In this document: one piece after another, positions 24,124 to 38,180 of the stretch
Numbering within the stretch: position 1 is the first letter of the stretch
How the letters are laid out: the number at the start of each line of letters is the position of its first letter
Source: Spongospora subterranea f. sp. subterranea
Lineage: Eukaryota
DNA: 64,000 nucleotides
Direction: 5' to 3'
Assembly: GCA_049724395.1 (NCBI GenBank)
Contig: JAUGWO010000007.1
Location: 124,001 to 188,000 of the forward strand
Made by a program: the position numbers and the translations under genes
Notes under the pieces: generated by a model
What the model was told of the DNA's origin: nothing
What the model saw: only the letters and a program-made list of their open reading frames with translations
Databases searched by the model: none

Positions 24124-27028
24124 CTATTTATTTAGTTTTGGATTTGACGTTTGTCGAATAAGCCGCAGTTGTTCAACTAATTGGGCATCTCGTTGATTAC
24201 CATTATAGGCCGACGATGCCGCTGGCTGGTCTTCTATCAGAGAATTGTGGACAACTACCAGATTCGGAGGAACATCAATTCCCAGGGCCGATACGATGTT
24301 GATCAAATATTCAAGATCCGTTGCGAGTTGCCTAAAACATCATACATTTGTAACAATCTATGATATTTGAGGGTCACATCTCTGACCTGGTGCCCGATTG
24401 AGATAAGTGTGTTAAAGCTTTTGTTGATGCAAACAACAACTGCACAGTGGTGTTAACAAGCTTTTCTAACCAGTGCAGCAATCCATCATCGTCACTATCG
24501 TCATCGCCGCCTTTGTGATATTGTTTAGCCACGATCATTGAACCTGGCGATAAATTACCTTGTTTTATTTGCGCTTCAAGCAATTGAACAACGCCGAATA
24601 GATGATCGCCAATCTTAGTTACATAGTCCGATGGCTGTGTCGAAAACACAGGAAAGCTTGGCTAAAAACGGGGAATGCATTCATTATGCAGTATAAGCAG
24701 ATATTCCAGAATTACAGATGTTCTGGATGGGCTGGGGGAACTCCAAACAGGCAATGTCGCGAACCCTTGTAAGAGGTTGCGAACCTCCAAAAGCAGCGAG
24801 TCAAAAGCAACGCCTTTCATGGTTCCAACCAAGGCCTGCGATTGTTGAATTGGATGGGGTAAAAAATGGGTATCTACTGATGGAAGCGGTAAAAACACAC
24901 AGGACAAAATATGAACAATCGGAGTCTCACTTGAATCAGAATGATTTTTGTCGACCATCGTAACCAAAAATGTATTTCGGCCACGTTGATGTGATACGAA
25001 CTGTCTCCAGAACTGAATCTCCAAACTGTACGCTGGTTCTTGTGTAATCAGAGGACGCAAGGATTGCGAAAGAACGGTGACACATTTGATATCAAGTTTT
25101 TGCATCTGAAACCGTTGATTATGCAAACTGACCGCAACGCCATGTATCTATACCTCTTTATGTAGACGACGGCTAAAGCGAACCAAGCGAAAAGCGGTGG
25201 AAACTGATGACCAATCCGGGTCAACAGGGTCTCCAGGCTTCTCGAATCCCGCTAAATTCCGTATTTTTCGCACATACGATAAAGAATGCTGTTGAAACAT
25301 TGAAACAGCGAAACCAGATATCTTGGGGAACACAGTACCTGGAAATAATCCGAGAACGCTGAATCCAGTGCCACCGACAGGGGTTGGGAATATGCCCCGC
25401 ATGAGAATTTGAGGCAATGCTCTAGAGACTGTTGAGATATATCAGACAGCAGACCTGATGTCCGGATTAGCGATATCAGCATATGCTGCAACAAAAAAAG
25501 CGGAGACCTATAGATTCATCGGCAGCGTCAAGCATTTTATAACAGCCGGCTTCCGTGTCCAATTGATGAATTATATTTGCAACTCTGATACCGAGGAATT
25601 TCTTGGCGAACTCGACGTATCTACAATTCGATTAAACGATTAAAAAAAACGCGCGGGATGTGTCACCTTGCTCCATATGGGAAAAACACTGATGCGAAAG
25701 AAGACAGAAGATGATCAATTTTTTGTGTCTCGCTGATAGGAATGTACGCATCAATTAACCGAACAATAAAATTTTTGGAGAACGCCAAAACCGATACTAT
25801 GACAGCAATCGGATCAGTAGATTGGTCAACGAATTCGTTGATCCACTGGTCCAGTTTTCGCCGAGCACTTTTCGCCATCTTTACGGCTGCCGGTTTTATC
25901 AGCGTTACAATGATGTAGCATTATTAGCGTTTCTACCTAAGTCCTCCACCGAAACCTCGGTTATATGTGACAGCAAAATTTGTGTCTCTTGAGCCATCAT
26001 ACGGTCGATTTTATCGAAATATTCTGGAAGCCAAATAGGGAATTCATCCATTTTTCCCTGACAATCAGAAAATACAGCTGAATAACAAGCCACAAACCGA
26101 GTTTCAACATACTTGAGATGTCTCAGCGGCTTCCGTCAACCAATCGGTACGCGATCCAAAATACAATTCCCTAACTGCATCCGACCGCCCAATTTTGGAG
26201 AATATCCGTCTGAACGACGACAGATTCTCCAAATCTAGGTTCTGAATCGCATTGAGTAAGTGGGGGCAACATATCGCTTCTAAACGTGTCCGAAGCTCAT
26301 CCAGCTCTGACAAACTAATCAAAACCAGATATAGGGAGCATGAGGCGGCATACCGGACTGCCTTCGCTCGAAATCGGGCACCTTCTCCAGAAGTTGTAAA
26401 CTCGATTGCATAGCCTGTCAAAGTTTAGGTGATCAGTGGCGTCCCCAGATTTAGACACAGCGTTGACCTCGATTTCGACAGCAATTTTCTCAAATTCTCT
26501 GGAATCGAATAGGACATCGATCATTCTGAGGTGATGTTTCCAGTTTTGGACTTCAGCGACGAGTTTGACGCAGCGCTCGATGCGAGATTTGATCTTGTCC
26601 ACTTTTTCCAATAGCGCCACCGAGGCTTCGGTTCGTTCATCGACAATTGACAGTTGGGCGATCAGTGTATCAAGGCGCTTCTTTAGGTTGCTTCCAGTAT
26701 TGGAGATAAAATTGAGCTCCACCAAAAGCCTGAACGGACACGGATCTGTCAATAAAACAATTCTCAGGCCGATCCATAGCCCATTACTCTGGTAATTGTT
26801 CCAAAAGCTGTGCTTTGCAAACAGAGATCTTTCCTGAGAGCGATTTTCCTTCAATTTGCGCTTTCGATACGAGATCGGATATGAACGTCTAGAGAAGCGA
26901 TTGACCGGAAATTAATGACCATGACGTTGAACCAAAAATACCTCTGTTAATTCACTATCACCGGTCAGTAAATCGTCGACGGTTCGTCGTGAGGTCTGCT
27001 CGGATGATCCCTCCTGTGATAATCCCAT
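24124..27028 (-). CDS. COG7: Conserved oligomeric Golgi complex subunit 7, multi-exon
   Basis: N-terminal coiled coil 'LEKVDKIKSRIERCVKLVAEVQNW', then 'FSKIGR' and 'PSDYVTKIGDHL', and a C-terminal 'TDLEYLINIVSALG'. Confidence 0.8.
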
Positions 27029-27184
27029 GGTGACGCGACGATGATCATCAACCAGATGATGAGATCAACTCCGCAACCAATGACATGGCGCTTAATCCGG
27101 CTCAACGTGTAACATGAACACTATTCGAAGACCGACCTGAGGAATGACTAGAGAATCTATCTCCCATGTGTATTAGATTAACAA

Positions 27185-27400
27185 TTATCGTTGGGTAATT
27201 TCTTCGACTGTTTTACTGGTTTGAAGTGGCCACTCAAGTCGACAGCGAGACCCATCGCCTGTGTCTTTGAATGCAATCACATACAGAAAAAGGGCGTTAC
27301 GTTGTCGGCTCGCAATAATGACTTCATGATCATGTGCAAGGTCATTACCAGTGTGCACTCTACCTTTGACGAAACGGTCCTGATTCCAGTACGACGTCAT
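27185..27400 (-). mobile_element. Possible pogo DDE_1 relic fragment
   Basis: A minus frame with a stop reads 'NVTPFFCM*LHSKT..LAVDLSGHFKPVK', resembling the LPxHxT..QPLD..FKPxK motif. Confidence 0.3.
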
Positions 27401-27763
27401 CATGAAGGACCGGCTGCAGCATCTGGAAGCCTGATGATTCGACCTGGGCTACTGGAGCCCGGGGAGTTGCCATGATGAGGACGACAACGACCTGGTCTAA
27501 TCCCATTGACCTGAAGTTCAACGAAAGTTCCATTTATAGAAAAAAATCCGCATTCCCTTTGACAGGTTTTCTCGTTACACATGGGGCGATTCCATTGGCG
27601 AGCAGTGTAACAGTGTATATATACGAAGAGGACATGTCCAGTGTGGACGGGGTCGGGGTGAACAGCGGCGCGGCCCCATCCCCAAACGCGGATCATGATG
27701 ATCTAAATCAGGGGGAGAACACCGATCATATTATTAAACGGATTCTGACCTTATGATCAGGAT

Positions 27764-30635
27764 ATGTATGCGGCTGTTCGATCATTGGATATCCAAACGC
27801 TGGGCCGGGCTAGCGAAGCTGACATAACACCGTATCTTCCCGTACTGATTTTGTACGCCGAAAGTTTACCACATTGTCGTGCGCTTCTCGACAAATTTGC
27901 CAAACCAGCTAACGCAGTACTCCGTTTTCATCAGGAGATATCCAATATTCACCAGATTCCCGAACTCACCACTTCATGTCTTGACGAAATTCCAGCTTTC
28001 TCCCGCTGCCCGCTCAAAGCACGGATTCAAATCGTCATTCAATTGATTCGTTCATGCTCTCCTTCCGTAATCCTCTCGTCGTCCGTTGTTCGCGATGAAG
28101 TGGGATCTATAATTGCCATCATCCTCTTGCAATCAATCGAGGTTCTACCTTTGCCACTGTTGCTGAAATCGTTGATTGTTCAAGATGACGGTGCCGGATT
28201 GGTTGAAAGAATCGCCATGAACTGCCACGATTTAACGTCAACCATCGTGGATCATTGTATCGATTATTTGGATGACGCTCTCTCTAGTTCGGCTGAATCA
28301 ACGCTAAGAAGGCTTGCAGGGCTTTCCTTAGCTAATGCCCATGCTGTACGACGCGCGCTGGTCTCCAGAAAATCATCTGCCAGTATCATATTTCAAATAA
28401 CGGCTGAGATCCTTCGCGATGATGCATCCTTTCTCAGTTCGATTTTTGCAAGAACCAACTATAGCGATCTTCACCTTATCAATTCGCTAAGATCGCTACC
28501 AGGTTCATCGGACACGAAGTCCGCCCAAAACCAGGGGAAGGCCACGTCGACGACGGTTAACCCATTATGCAGATTGATATCTGCAAGAATAAGCCAAGCA
28601 TTAGGGAGTCTGATCGGGCTGGTGGACCAAGAGGTGTATTCCGAAGCGATGCTTCTTTTCCACACCCTATGTCAGATGCACAGTACGCTGCAGTTTTTGT
28701 TTTCAAGGGAAGCCGTTAATGCGGCGTTAGACACACTTCAAAATCTGGCATTCCATAGCCAACCGCTTAGTGATCATTGTCTGTGCTTCTTGTTCTTATG
28801 CTCAAACCTTTTCAAGGTCGCATCAGCTGAACGAGTGAGGTCGTCATTTTCTGGGGCATACCGTTCGCTGCTCTTTCTACGAATTACTATGGCTTGTACA
28901 CAAGGAGATCGCTCAATCGGAGGGCTTCTTTCTGAAGCCGTTGGCTTCAGTATTCGACCGTTGACAGGACACTTGGAGAAGCTGGCGGAGATAATTGTTG
29001 CAGAAATGTCCTCTTCAGTTGTTGAACTGGTTTTAACAACTTCTGCCATGAATCTGGAGCTGTTCAGTTATGCACTTCGCTCAAATCAACTGAAAAAGTG
29101 AACTGCAGGGTCCTTCGCGCGCTCATGTCAAAACCTGTCTCACGAACTGTATACAGCAAATTATCACGAATCCTCGCCTTCCTTTGAATCCGTTATTTCC
29201 TGCCGTCTTGCGAAACATTGCTGAACTATGCATCTCGTCTAGCACAGTATCCGATGCGTATAGCCGTTTATCTTGGGTTCATCTGCTTCCAGAGGCAGTA
29301 ATTTTCGGTTCTTTGAAATCGATATCGCTAGGGGTGGAGACGCGGCAGACTGTGGTATCTAAATCGCGTGTGGCAACTGCAGTTCTGGTAACCTACTACG
29401 CTCTGTATTTCAACAGAAGCGCCAATTCCAAAGCTACTGCTGCCTATCAAGCGTTTCGATATCCGTCAACAATCATTGAGAGTTTGCCAGCCATCGGCCT
29501 TATTCGTTATATGGAAAAATCCAGCCCAGATTTCGACTCAATTCTTCCCAGTTTTTTGGATCTGGTTTTCGATGTGTTTCCTGAACTGCCGCAAATTGAC
29601 GATGAACTTTATGATTCGGTTTATTCGCATTTACGATTGTGTTCTTTACCGCTACTTACACAGAGTTGCAGTTCCGCCTCTCAGCAAAATCCGCATTGGT
29701 GTGTTGATGTTCTCAGCGCCACCTCAATTCCACCTACAATTGCGGAAACATCACAGTTTGTTGCTGTCTTGTACCACTTTCTCAATTCGGATGAAGACAT
29801 CAGGATGGGTTTAGATGAGGACGTTAGAGAAGTTTGGCATTATTGCCGTTGTCTATCCGGCAGTATCAGTTTCTTCCACTTATCTCTTGTTGCTTTCACG
29901 GGACGGGTCTTCCTGTTATCAGAAATCGATGATAATCCTGGTCTTGCATTACAGTGCAGCCCCCGTACATGGACTGTATCTGAATCGTTGCTTAAGGTAT
30001 TTCTCCAATCTGTTCGCGTCTTTTTGCAAAGGTTCCGAGCGCATGTAAAAGCAAGCGGCGATTTTTCGGTTAACCCACTGATTTACGATTTGAAAGTTGC
30101 ATTGAACGTCATCCGTTTTTCGATTGGTTCCGGGAGCGATGCGATAGGTTTTCTTGGCTGCCGATATGTCGATTCTGAGTGTAGAAAACATCCCGGACTG
30201 CTGTCATCCATTCTCTCACAAGGATTTGATATTGATATTTTGCCCAAATTTGTCAAGTATACACCCATCGTGAAAGAGTCCACATCATTAGTTCTCCCGT
30301 TGTTATCTCTAGAGTATGAGAATGAGCAAATATTTTCATTGCATCTTCTTGCCGAATTGACGCTCGTTCGAGCCGATGGAACTTTGGAACTCTGCTCTAT
30401 GGTTTTGAATCGGTTTGCTGGTGAAACATCGGACACAATCGTACCGCATCTAGGGGTTTTGAGGTCGTGCTTGATATCGTTGGTCAGTTTCGTTAAGGTT
30501 TATCCTAAACTGATTCCCGATTTGGTGCGTCTGTTAACGATTGTGAGACCTGAACGTGGCGTACCGTCCCTAGAGTCCGATCTTGCACGTGAAGTTGATG
30601 ACGCGTTCACATTAATCGCTCAAACCATGCCTTAA
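27764..30635 (+). CDS. INTS2: Integrator complex subunit 2-like (2 large exons)
   Basis: The N-terminus 'YAAVRSLDIQTLGRASEADITPYLPVL' and C-terminal 'HPGLLSSILSQGFDIDILPKFV..TP' match the INTS2 pattern as I recall it. There is an intron at about 29098-29156. Confidence 0.7.
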
Positions 30636-30789
30636 CATGATCCGGTCGTGTCACACCATAAAACAAGGGCGCCGTTTTTCATCTGTTCGATAAGATATTT
30701 CAACAATCTGTAGATTATCGTCTACCACTATTTATAAACACTTTTTACAATGAGTGCGGCGATGCGTATCGGATTTCAGGGTTGAAGAA

Positions 30790-31740
30790 CTCCTGTGCGA
30801 ATGAGAAGTGAGGCGAAGACAACTCAACCAAACAACAACAAAACGGGTCAACGGTCGAGATGGCGAGAAAACGATCTTGTGCATCACACAAGAAATACAA
30901 CGTCAACCATCGCTGGAAGCGAGTACTCGACGGCAGCATTTACCACTACTGCGAGCAAGATCGAAGGAAACCTTTTCAAATGATATGTTGGCACGGAAAA
31001 GGGTGCCGTCGCCAGTACCAGTCTCAAAAGTGGTCTGAACCACTGCAGGATTGAGAAAACACGGACGATCAGCCAGAAAAATACCCTGCTCTATGAGATG
31101 TACATCAGCGCTACCGAATTCGACCCGCTGCAATCCACTTGTCGTCCAACAACACTCACCGCCGAGAAGGCAAGGTAACCAGCGTTGCAATCATCCCCAT
31201 CCAGGTTCAATTGCGAAGAAAGCGGCACGACAGCGATCACACCGAGCTGCAGTTCACTGACGGCACCGCCTCTCGAACTCCTTGAGTATATCCAAAAGCG
31301 TCCTCCGCCGACGTGTTTCAATTACCGCGTCAGATTTCGCGGCAGAATCGAAACTTGCTTGGGCATCCGCCGATTGGTGCCGTCAGTGAACTGCAGGTTG
31401 CCGCTTTCTTGGCACATGGGGTCTGGATTGGGATTATTGCAACGCTGGTTACCTTGCATTTCTCGGCGAAATCAATGTGGCGATAGAAAAGCGGATTGCG
31501 CAGCATTATATCTACCGGGCAATGCCAATGTCGCCATTCAAACGATGGACCGGTCTGAAACTTTCCCCCACGAGTGTGCGTATTGACCTGATCATGGAAT
31601 TTGGAGAACTGGATTTCCAATTGCCGGTACCTGTTTAGCCAGTTTGGCACAGCACACACAGGGTATCCATGGATAGGTTACGCACAGCCGCCATGACGCC
31701 ATTTCGAACCCACAGCCACTGACCGCGGCGCCAGGTCGTT
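30790..31740. mobile_element. Two pogo-like transposase N-half relics in convergent orientation
   Basis: Arms 31160-31267 and 31376-31468 are reverse-complement similar. Both encode 'KVTSVAIIPIQ..LQFTDGT', resembling the start of DDE_1. Confidence 0.5.
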
Positions 31741-31769
31741 GGCAAACACACTCTGGGCGAAAACGATCG

Positions 31770-32474
31770 ATGACCAAGAGGGAATTTGAGCTGAACCTCT
31801 CGGATGACGCCAAGTCTGTCAAAGTCGTCTTGGTAGGAGATGGTGCGGTTGGCAAAACAAGCATGCTGACACGATATTCGTCAAATGCGTTCTGTCCGGA
31901 TCACATCCCGACGATCTTCGAAAATTGCTGGCTCGACCGCGTCGTGGATGGTCGGAAAATTGAACTGGCACTTTGGGACAATGCCGGGCAAGAAGAATTT
32001 GACAAAATCCGATTGCTATCGTATCAAAATACCGATGTGTTTCTCGTTGTGTTTGCGATCAACAGTCCAACGTCGTTGGACCATGTGAAATCCGAATGGA
32101 TGCCGGAGATTACCGAATATTGCCAAGGCGTTCCTGTGATGCGTTAGTCATTCTGACATATCTCTATCCAAGGTTATTGATACGCGTTCTCTTGTGCAGT
32201 TATCGGTTCCAAAACGGATCTCAGAGGGGTGCCTGGCGTTCGGGCGTCGTCATTCGATGACGGCAGAATGTTGGCGCAGGAAATCGGCGCCGCCGCCTAT
32301 ATGGAATGCTCCGCCAAGACATCGGATGGGTGCGCCGCCGTATTTGATCAAGCGATCAGGGAGGCGTTGGTCGGTCAAGATCGCAGGCAAGAAGAAGACG
32401 CTGACCCACAGAAATCATGCCAAGACCGCGAACAGCCAGCAATGCTGTACCGTTCTCTAATTAATATCTCCTAA
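31770..32474 (+). CDS. Rho-family small GTPase (2 exons); CAAX tail lies out of frame
   Basis: 'KVVLVGDGAVGKTS', 'PTIFEN', 'LWDNAGQEEFDKIRLLSY' and 'YMECSAKT'. The polybasic CCTVL tail is in another frame ending at 32460. Confidence 0.92.
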
Positions 32475-32522
32475 TTATTGTATAAATGTATTTTCACGTC
32501 AACGGATACCAACATCGTGTCC

Positions 32523-35500
32523 CTAATAACCCATGTCCTTGAACGATTCGGTGTTGTCCCATTCCTACACCATTTGACTAAACTCACGATGGAATACCGT
32601 CCATCCAGATCGCACCTGTGTTGTTCTCTCTGGAAGGTCCAGTTCTAAGCTAAGAATGTTATCGATACGGAAACGGCTGCTTTTGTTGCCCAACGCCGAC
32701 GCTACTCGGGAATATTCTGACAACGGTCGGAACTGCCCTGGATGCGCCGAGGTCGGGCGTCTTATGGACCTGTGTCGAAGTCGAAACAACATTCACGAAA
32801 ATTGTGTTGTTTTTACCGACCCGTTTATAGCTGCAACATTTGGAGTTCTAACCTCACATGTCCCTTTCTCCTCATTGTAATGAATGCGATCTCGAACCTG
32901 AAATGTTCGTCTGAATGACAGTTTGTACAAGACGGGCTTGCCGCTGAATCACATTATCGATCTGTTGCGGAATGATGAAGTTATCCAATATCAGTGTCTT
33001 GAGCTGCAGCTGCCTTGATAGCTCGCGGCTTGTCTCTAACATGTCCTCCCCTGTGTTGCGATCATCCATCAGTCTCACAGCAAACGACGTCGACAACCAG
33101 AAATCCTACGATCCTGTTGAAGATCGACCTGCGTGTCGATCATTTCCTGCTTGATATCGGCGTATTTCTCCCGAACTTTCTTCAGTTTTTCCGAGATGCG
33201 CTTCACCTCGACTTCTTGGCTGTCGTACTGACGACACATCGTGAATGACCTCTGAACAAAAGTGCAGCACACGGCTCGCCGCCCACCTTTTTTGCAATCT
33301 CCAATTGCGCCTCTTCTTTCTGCCGCAGAAGCCGAGTCTTGAGTTCCTCATCCAGCTACAAACACACAGGACATGTGGGCCAGTACGCCAGACAAAGCCG
33401 GTGTGGAAACCATACCCGCGCTTGCTCCAGCACCGACTGTTTCGTCTGTAAATCTCGCGCCTTTTGCTTGGCCTCGTCGATGATCTGTGATCCATAGAGC
33501 AGTTTCTTCTCGATCCCGGCCAATTTCGCTTTCAGCTTGTCCCGTTCTTGGCGTTCGTTCTCGAGCCCGGACTGCCTGGATCGCAGCTCCTCCTTCTTCT
33601 GTCTGGTTTTAGATGTCACGATGCTCGCTTCCGCCATGATCTGTTCCCTGTCGGCCCGAACCTGCTTCTCAACGTCTTCCCGCTTTTTGGCATGCTCCGT
33701 TTCCATCGCCCTGATTTGCTCTGGATTCAGCCCAGATATTGGGAGAGCCCCGTTTTCCCCAATTCCAGACTGATTCGTCTGATCGCACAATTAGAGTTTG
33801 TTTCCACTAATATCATCACTGAAAATGAGGAGCCAACCATTGCGGTTGGTATCGCCGTTTGCTGAAGGAGCTCTTTAAGGCGTTGGATTTCGTCCTGATA
33901 GAGCCGGAGCTGAGCGTCCTTTGGGTCTTCGTTTATCTGAGGTTTATTCTGAATGTGCTTGGCGCGCGACGCGAACCTGACATGATTCTTCAGTTCCAGT
34001 ATCCCAGATTGCTCGGCAAAACGGTACCTCAATGTGCTCGTGGTTTCCTCAACATTATAGGCAGCTGGCCCGATATTGGCAATCATTATCTAATGGAAAC
34101 GCGTTAGCCTGACCCAGCGATGGTTTTCCAAAACACTCCCATACGGTTTTGGTGTTTCCACCAAGGGAATCCTGCAGGAGCCTTGTTAGCTTGCTGTTGC
34201 GATATGGAACGTGCGTCTGCCTAAACGATGAGTTTCGACCATTGGTGGTGTGGCACCATTTCCGCATCACAGAACGCGACTGACGTTTTCGAGGTTAACG
34301 CGCGAATAACATTGCCCAACGCTGATAACGACAGATTGATCTTCGTCGCTTCTTGCAGCCGGACACCCTGGGCACAAAATCACGGTTTACCGAATCCCGA
34401 CAAGATCGCCATCAAACAACAATGCTGTCTGACCGACGCGCCCGTCTTGGATTGCCGCTCACTTCCTGCCAGATCGACAAGGTTTAATTTGCCAGCCCTA
34501 ATATGGGCCACACCATCGCTCCCAACTTCGCTAGTCTCGATCGTGATGCGAAAAATGCAATGGGATCGCGATGAATTCCGGTTCATATTGGTTTCCCCCA
34601 CCATTCGTTTACGCTGGCCGTGCTGAGACAGACACTCTCGTTGTTAGATCTCACAGCGATGGAAATGGCCCCCATGTGCTAATGACCATCAGGCACTGAT
34701 GGATCCGCTTCGAATTCTCAACAGCGATATTCTCCAAACCTTTGACATAGACGCCACGATCGCTGTCCTCCTTCAGATCAAGAAGGGCGTTGGGATCGTC
34801 GTCTTCCGACAAAAGGTCCCTGATTGTGTCGTTATAGATCTCGATGAATGAAACCGTCACCAAGAACGTCTGGACGTGTTTCCATTTCAATCGCAAGAAG
34901 GAACCAATGGGGCCGGCGGCCGACCTTGGATGCGTCCTGGTTACTCTCGATTCGATCGAAAACATGGCGAATCGACCGCGGGATGATACCTTGGCTTGAT
35001 TCGGGTTCTAACGCCCCCTAACGTTGTTGTAATATGGTCATCAGACACGATCTGGCCCATTTCCCATATATCATCCCACTAGTACCTCCATGGTCCAGGT
35101 CTTTCCCGTCCCCGTCTGGCCAAAGGCGAATATCGTCCCTGGAGTAATCGCCATCAGACAGAGGCAGCCGAGTACCAAAGAACTCGTTTCAGGTCGTACC
35201 ATTATATCCAGCGATGACGCTTTCCACGATCGGACAGGCGGTTTCCCTATAGATGGATTCCTGGGTATCGCTGAACGACGAGTGTGGCGGGATTAGAACG
35301 TGGGGCCGATGGCATTCTGGCGCTACCTTACTTGGCGCCAAACACGATATCGTAGGCCCATGTTCGGCCCTGGTCGGCGGCGTCGTTGGGGTTGGCGTCG
35401 CTCTTCAGCACGATCACCTGGCCCATCTTCTTATCGATTTGCACTACACTATTGGGCCAAACGGCAAATCAACGTCTATTCGCGGTCGTGGGCAAAACAA

Positions 35501-35641
35501 AGACGGCGACGGTCCCTGCCTCAGATGGCCTTGCTCGATCTCCTTCGAATTCAGGGGCCGGCATCGGACGGCGACGCGAACGCATTCCCGGTCCGTACTC
35601 GGATTGGGGATCGCAATGTCTTCGATATTGTCGTTGGACAT
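32523..35641 (-). CDS. KIF3: Kinesin-2 (KIF3/FLA8-FLA10-like) motor subunit, multi-exon
   Basis: '[11 protein letters not shown]', '[11 protein letters not shown]', 'NSSRSHCIF', '[11 protein letters not shown]', '[20 protein letters not shown]', 'NEDPKDA', and tail '[10 protein letters not shown]'. Confidence 0.92.
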
Positions 35642-35890
35642 GTCTTCTACTCCAAAACGGTATTTCTAGCTGTGACCGTACTTGGGGGATCGATAAACCG
35701 GTTCAAAGAACATTTTATATCGGCAGAGAAAGCGAATTATCCTCGACGGCGCAATGGTTGGGCAAAAATGTGACATGTGATTGGCACTTGGTGGAAATTA
35801 CAGATCGCGATTTACAAAGGTGACGTTTTGGAATTTTGGGGTTCTTTACATAGGTTGTGAGTTGTGGTATTGACAAGTTGACGACAAATT

Positions 35891-36274
35891 TTAGCATATA
35901 ACGTGACGACCTTTAGCCAGTCGTCGTGCAAGAACTCGACGTCCACCAACGGTAGAGTTTCTGTTCAGAAACCCGAATTGTCGTTTCCTATGATGCTTCA
36001 ATATCAGACCAACATGAACGCTCGCTGGGGACGTGATCCCAGAACCGTTTCAAAGTACTTGGCTGGTACGTTCGTTTGATCGCCCAAACAGCCATCGATT
36101 CCCCAACAGATGCGATCCAGGAAGACACTTGCGGCAGTGACCACGAGAGGGCCCGTTGCACCGGATAAGCGATCGCCATTGGATAATTGCTTGGCGACAC
36201 CCCTGACCTGTCTGATCTAAAAACCAGAGAGCAACCCCCTTCTTGTCCATAACATGACTGCGGAGTAACCCCAT
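35891..36274 (-). CDS. MRPL34: Mitochondrial ribosomal protein bL34m
   Basis: 'KRTYQPSTLKR|KRQFGFLNRNSTVGGRRVLARRLAKGR'. The start codon is uncertain. Confidence 0.85.
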
Positions 36275-37147
36275 GACACTTAGTCTACCAGTTCGTACCT
36301 ACCTAGTCTACAGTACCTATGGCCACTCTGCTGTACACAGTTGTGTACATGAGGCGCACTCTCGTGGAGTGGCCGAGTGGAATATTGAACGCGCCAAATG
36401 TCAATGTGTCCTGGTTGTTGCAATGGGGGCGGCGCGACCGGCGCTTTGTGTCGAAGTTTGCTGTTTGGATTGTTCGGAACTGGGTGAGGACCGATCCCCT
36501 TGGACCACGGGTTTCTTGAAGATCGCTGTGGATGCGGATTCGGCTAATTCAGGTTTGGAGCAGGGATAGTTGGCGGCCGAAAGTAATCAACATGCTTTGG
36601 CAAAGGCTGTCGGTCTCCACCTTACGCCGATCACTCCAATATCCAAGGCAACGTTCCTGAGGCAAAAAAGCGATCCCACCTTGACCGCCAGAAACGGATT
36701 TGTAGTAAAAGAAGAACGAATTCGTCGTGTGCCAGATGACAGCTGCCCAACTTCCCTTCATTTCGATATCCCGCGCTTTTTTTTCTTCAAATTTACGATC
36801 GGCTCTGCTTCTCGGTTTTGCATAGCGCGCCCTGTTCCGAATAAAGCATTGCCGCGAAAGGTGTTAGAATGACCACACAAACAAGTGCCTGATCTTCGTG
36901 TACAAAGCTATGATCAACTCTCGGTGCCCAACCGGAACCGTATTTGTCACAACAAACGATCAGGCAATTTTGAGACGATCTTAGGTTCTGCGAATATCGA
37001 GGTGAATTTTTATGAGTTTAAGCTCTGGTCGCATATGGACCAGAAAGCGATCGACAGAATAGGACAATGAGAGACATAAATTTCACGATCACCGTTTGAA
37101 CGCGGTGCGACAACAACTGAACAAACAAAATGGAGAAACAAAAACCA

Positions 37148-38180
37148 TCACATATCGAATCTGTCCCTGGTGCACTTCGTCACCCTTAGATATGGAATAG
37201 CGATATCGGCGCTGGTGTAGAATCCTGTGTTTGCCGGATGTCCTTGCTGAGACGATTGAGTTGAGTACAGACCCGAACAGCGATCGGGTTCCGAAGCCCT
37301 ACCTTCGCCAGCTCGTCAAACGTCGACTCCAACAGCTTCATCTCTCGAACGACGAATGTCTGCGAGAAATCATGAAACACTCGCGTGTCGAACACTCGTA
37401 GGATCACATCTGAATGACAGTTAACTAGCGCCATATGTTTGGGCGTTGCTTGCGCCTACCGTCAACGCGTAGCCAGTGCCTTGCCAGCACCAGAAAACAA
37501 GTCGGCATCACACGAATTTTCACCTGAAAAAATCGGTTCTGAAAAACGACGAAACAAAGAAAAATGACCTGATTCCTACAGTCAAAATCGATATCCCATG
37601 ATCGTGCAATTCGTCCTCAAATAGAAGGACATCTTCGAACCACAAGATCGGATCCGGTTTTTTAAGCATCGCCATGTCGATCTGGCAATCCAGGTCGACC
37701 GTCGAGTTCCAGGCCCGTTCTTTGAATTCGAAACTTCCACCGTAGGTGGGGGAGAACGTCCAATTCCGCTCATTGGGGAGCGGGTTCGTATCACCCAGTT
37801 TCGATGACCATTTCGACGCAACCGATACTTGAACATGGCTGAAATCGCCATTCAAACACGATCGAATCGCCGAGATGGGCTCGAACGCTATCATCAGGTT
37901 CTATCAGCCCAGAGCGGTCAGAGTGAAAACAAGTGTCTTACTGATACTGTGGCCAGAGGAGATGTGCTCAATTTTCAGCCAATTGTTGGCGAAAACCATT
38001 TCGGGCAGTGTTCTGATCTCGGTCATCTCGGTGAGCCTAACCCACTTGTTCAATAAAACTTATTAAAACATCACAGCATCGCTTCCAAAAACAGCATTAC
38101 TTCTGAATCTGCTCGGCTGTGCCGATATGGCTTTTGTTGGCCGCGAATCTCCATCCGGCCACCTCTATATCGGACGACAT
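37148..38180 (-). CDS. TIP41: TIP41-like PP2A regulator, multi-exon
   Basis: 'LPEMVFANN', 'WTFSPTYGG', 'DPILWFEDVLLFEDELHDHG', 'KIRVMPTCF..WLRVD' and 'DTRVFH'. Confidence 0.93.

Noticed and set aside
27634..27760. Non-canonical GG-AG intron at the INTS2 5' end
   Set aside because: A canonical in-phase GT donor at 27658 or a start at ATG 27764 explains it equally well.
36417..37070. Small + strand gene with a mitochondrial-presequence-like start and a GC-AG intron
   Set aside because: I could not build a consistent model or recognise a family.
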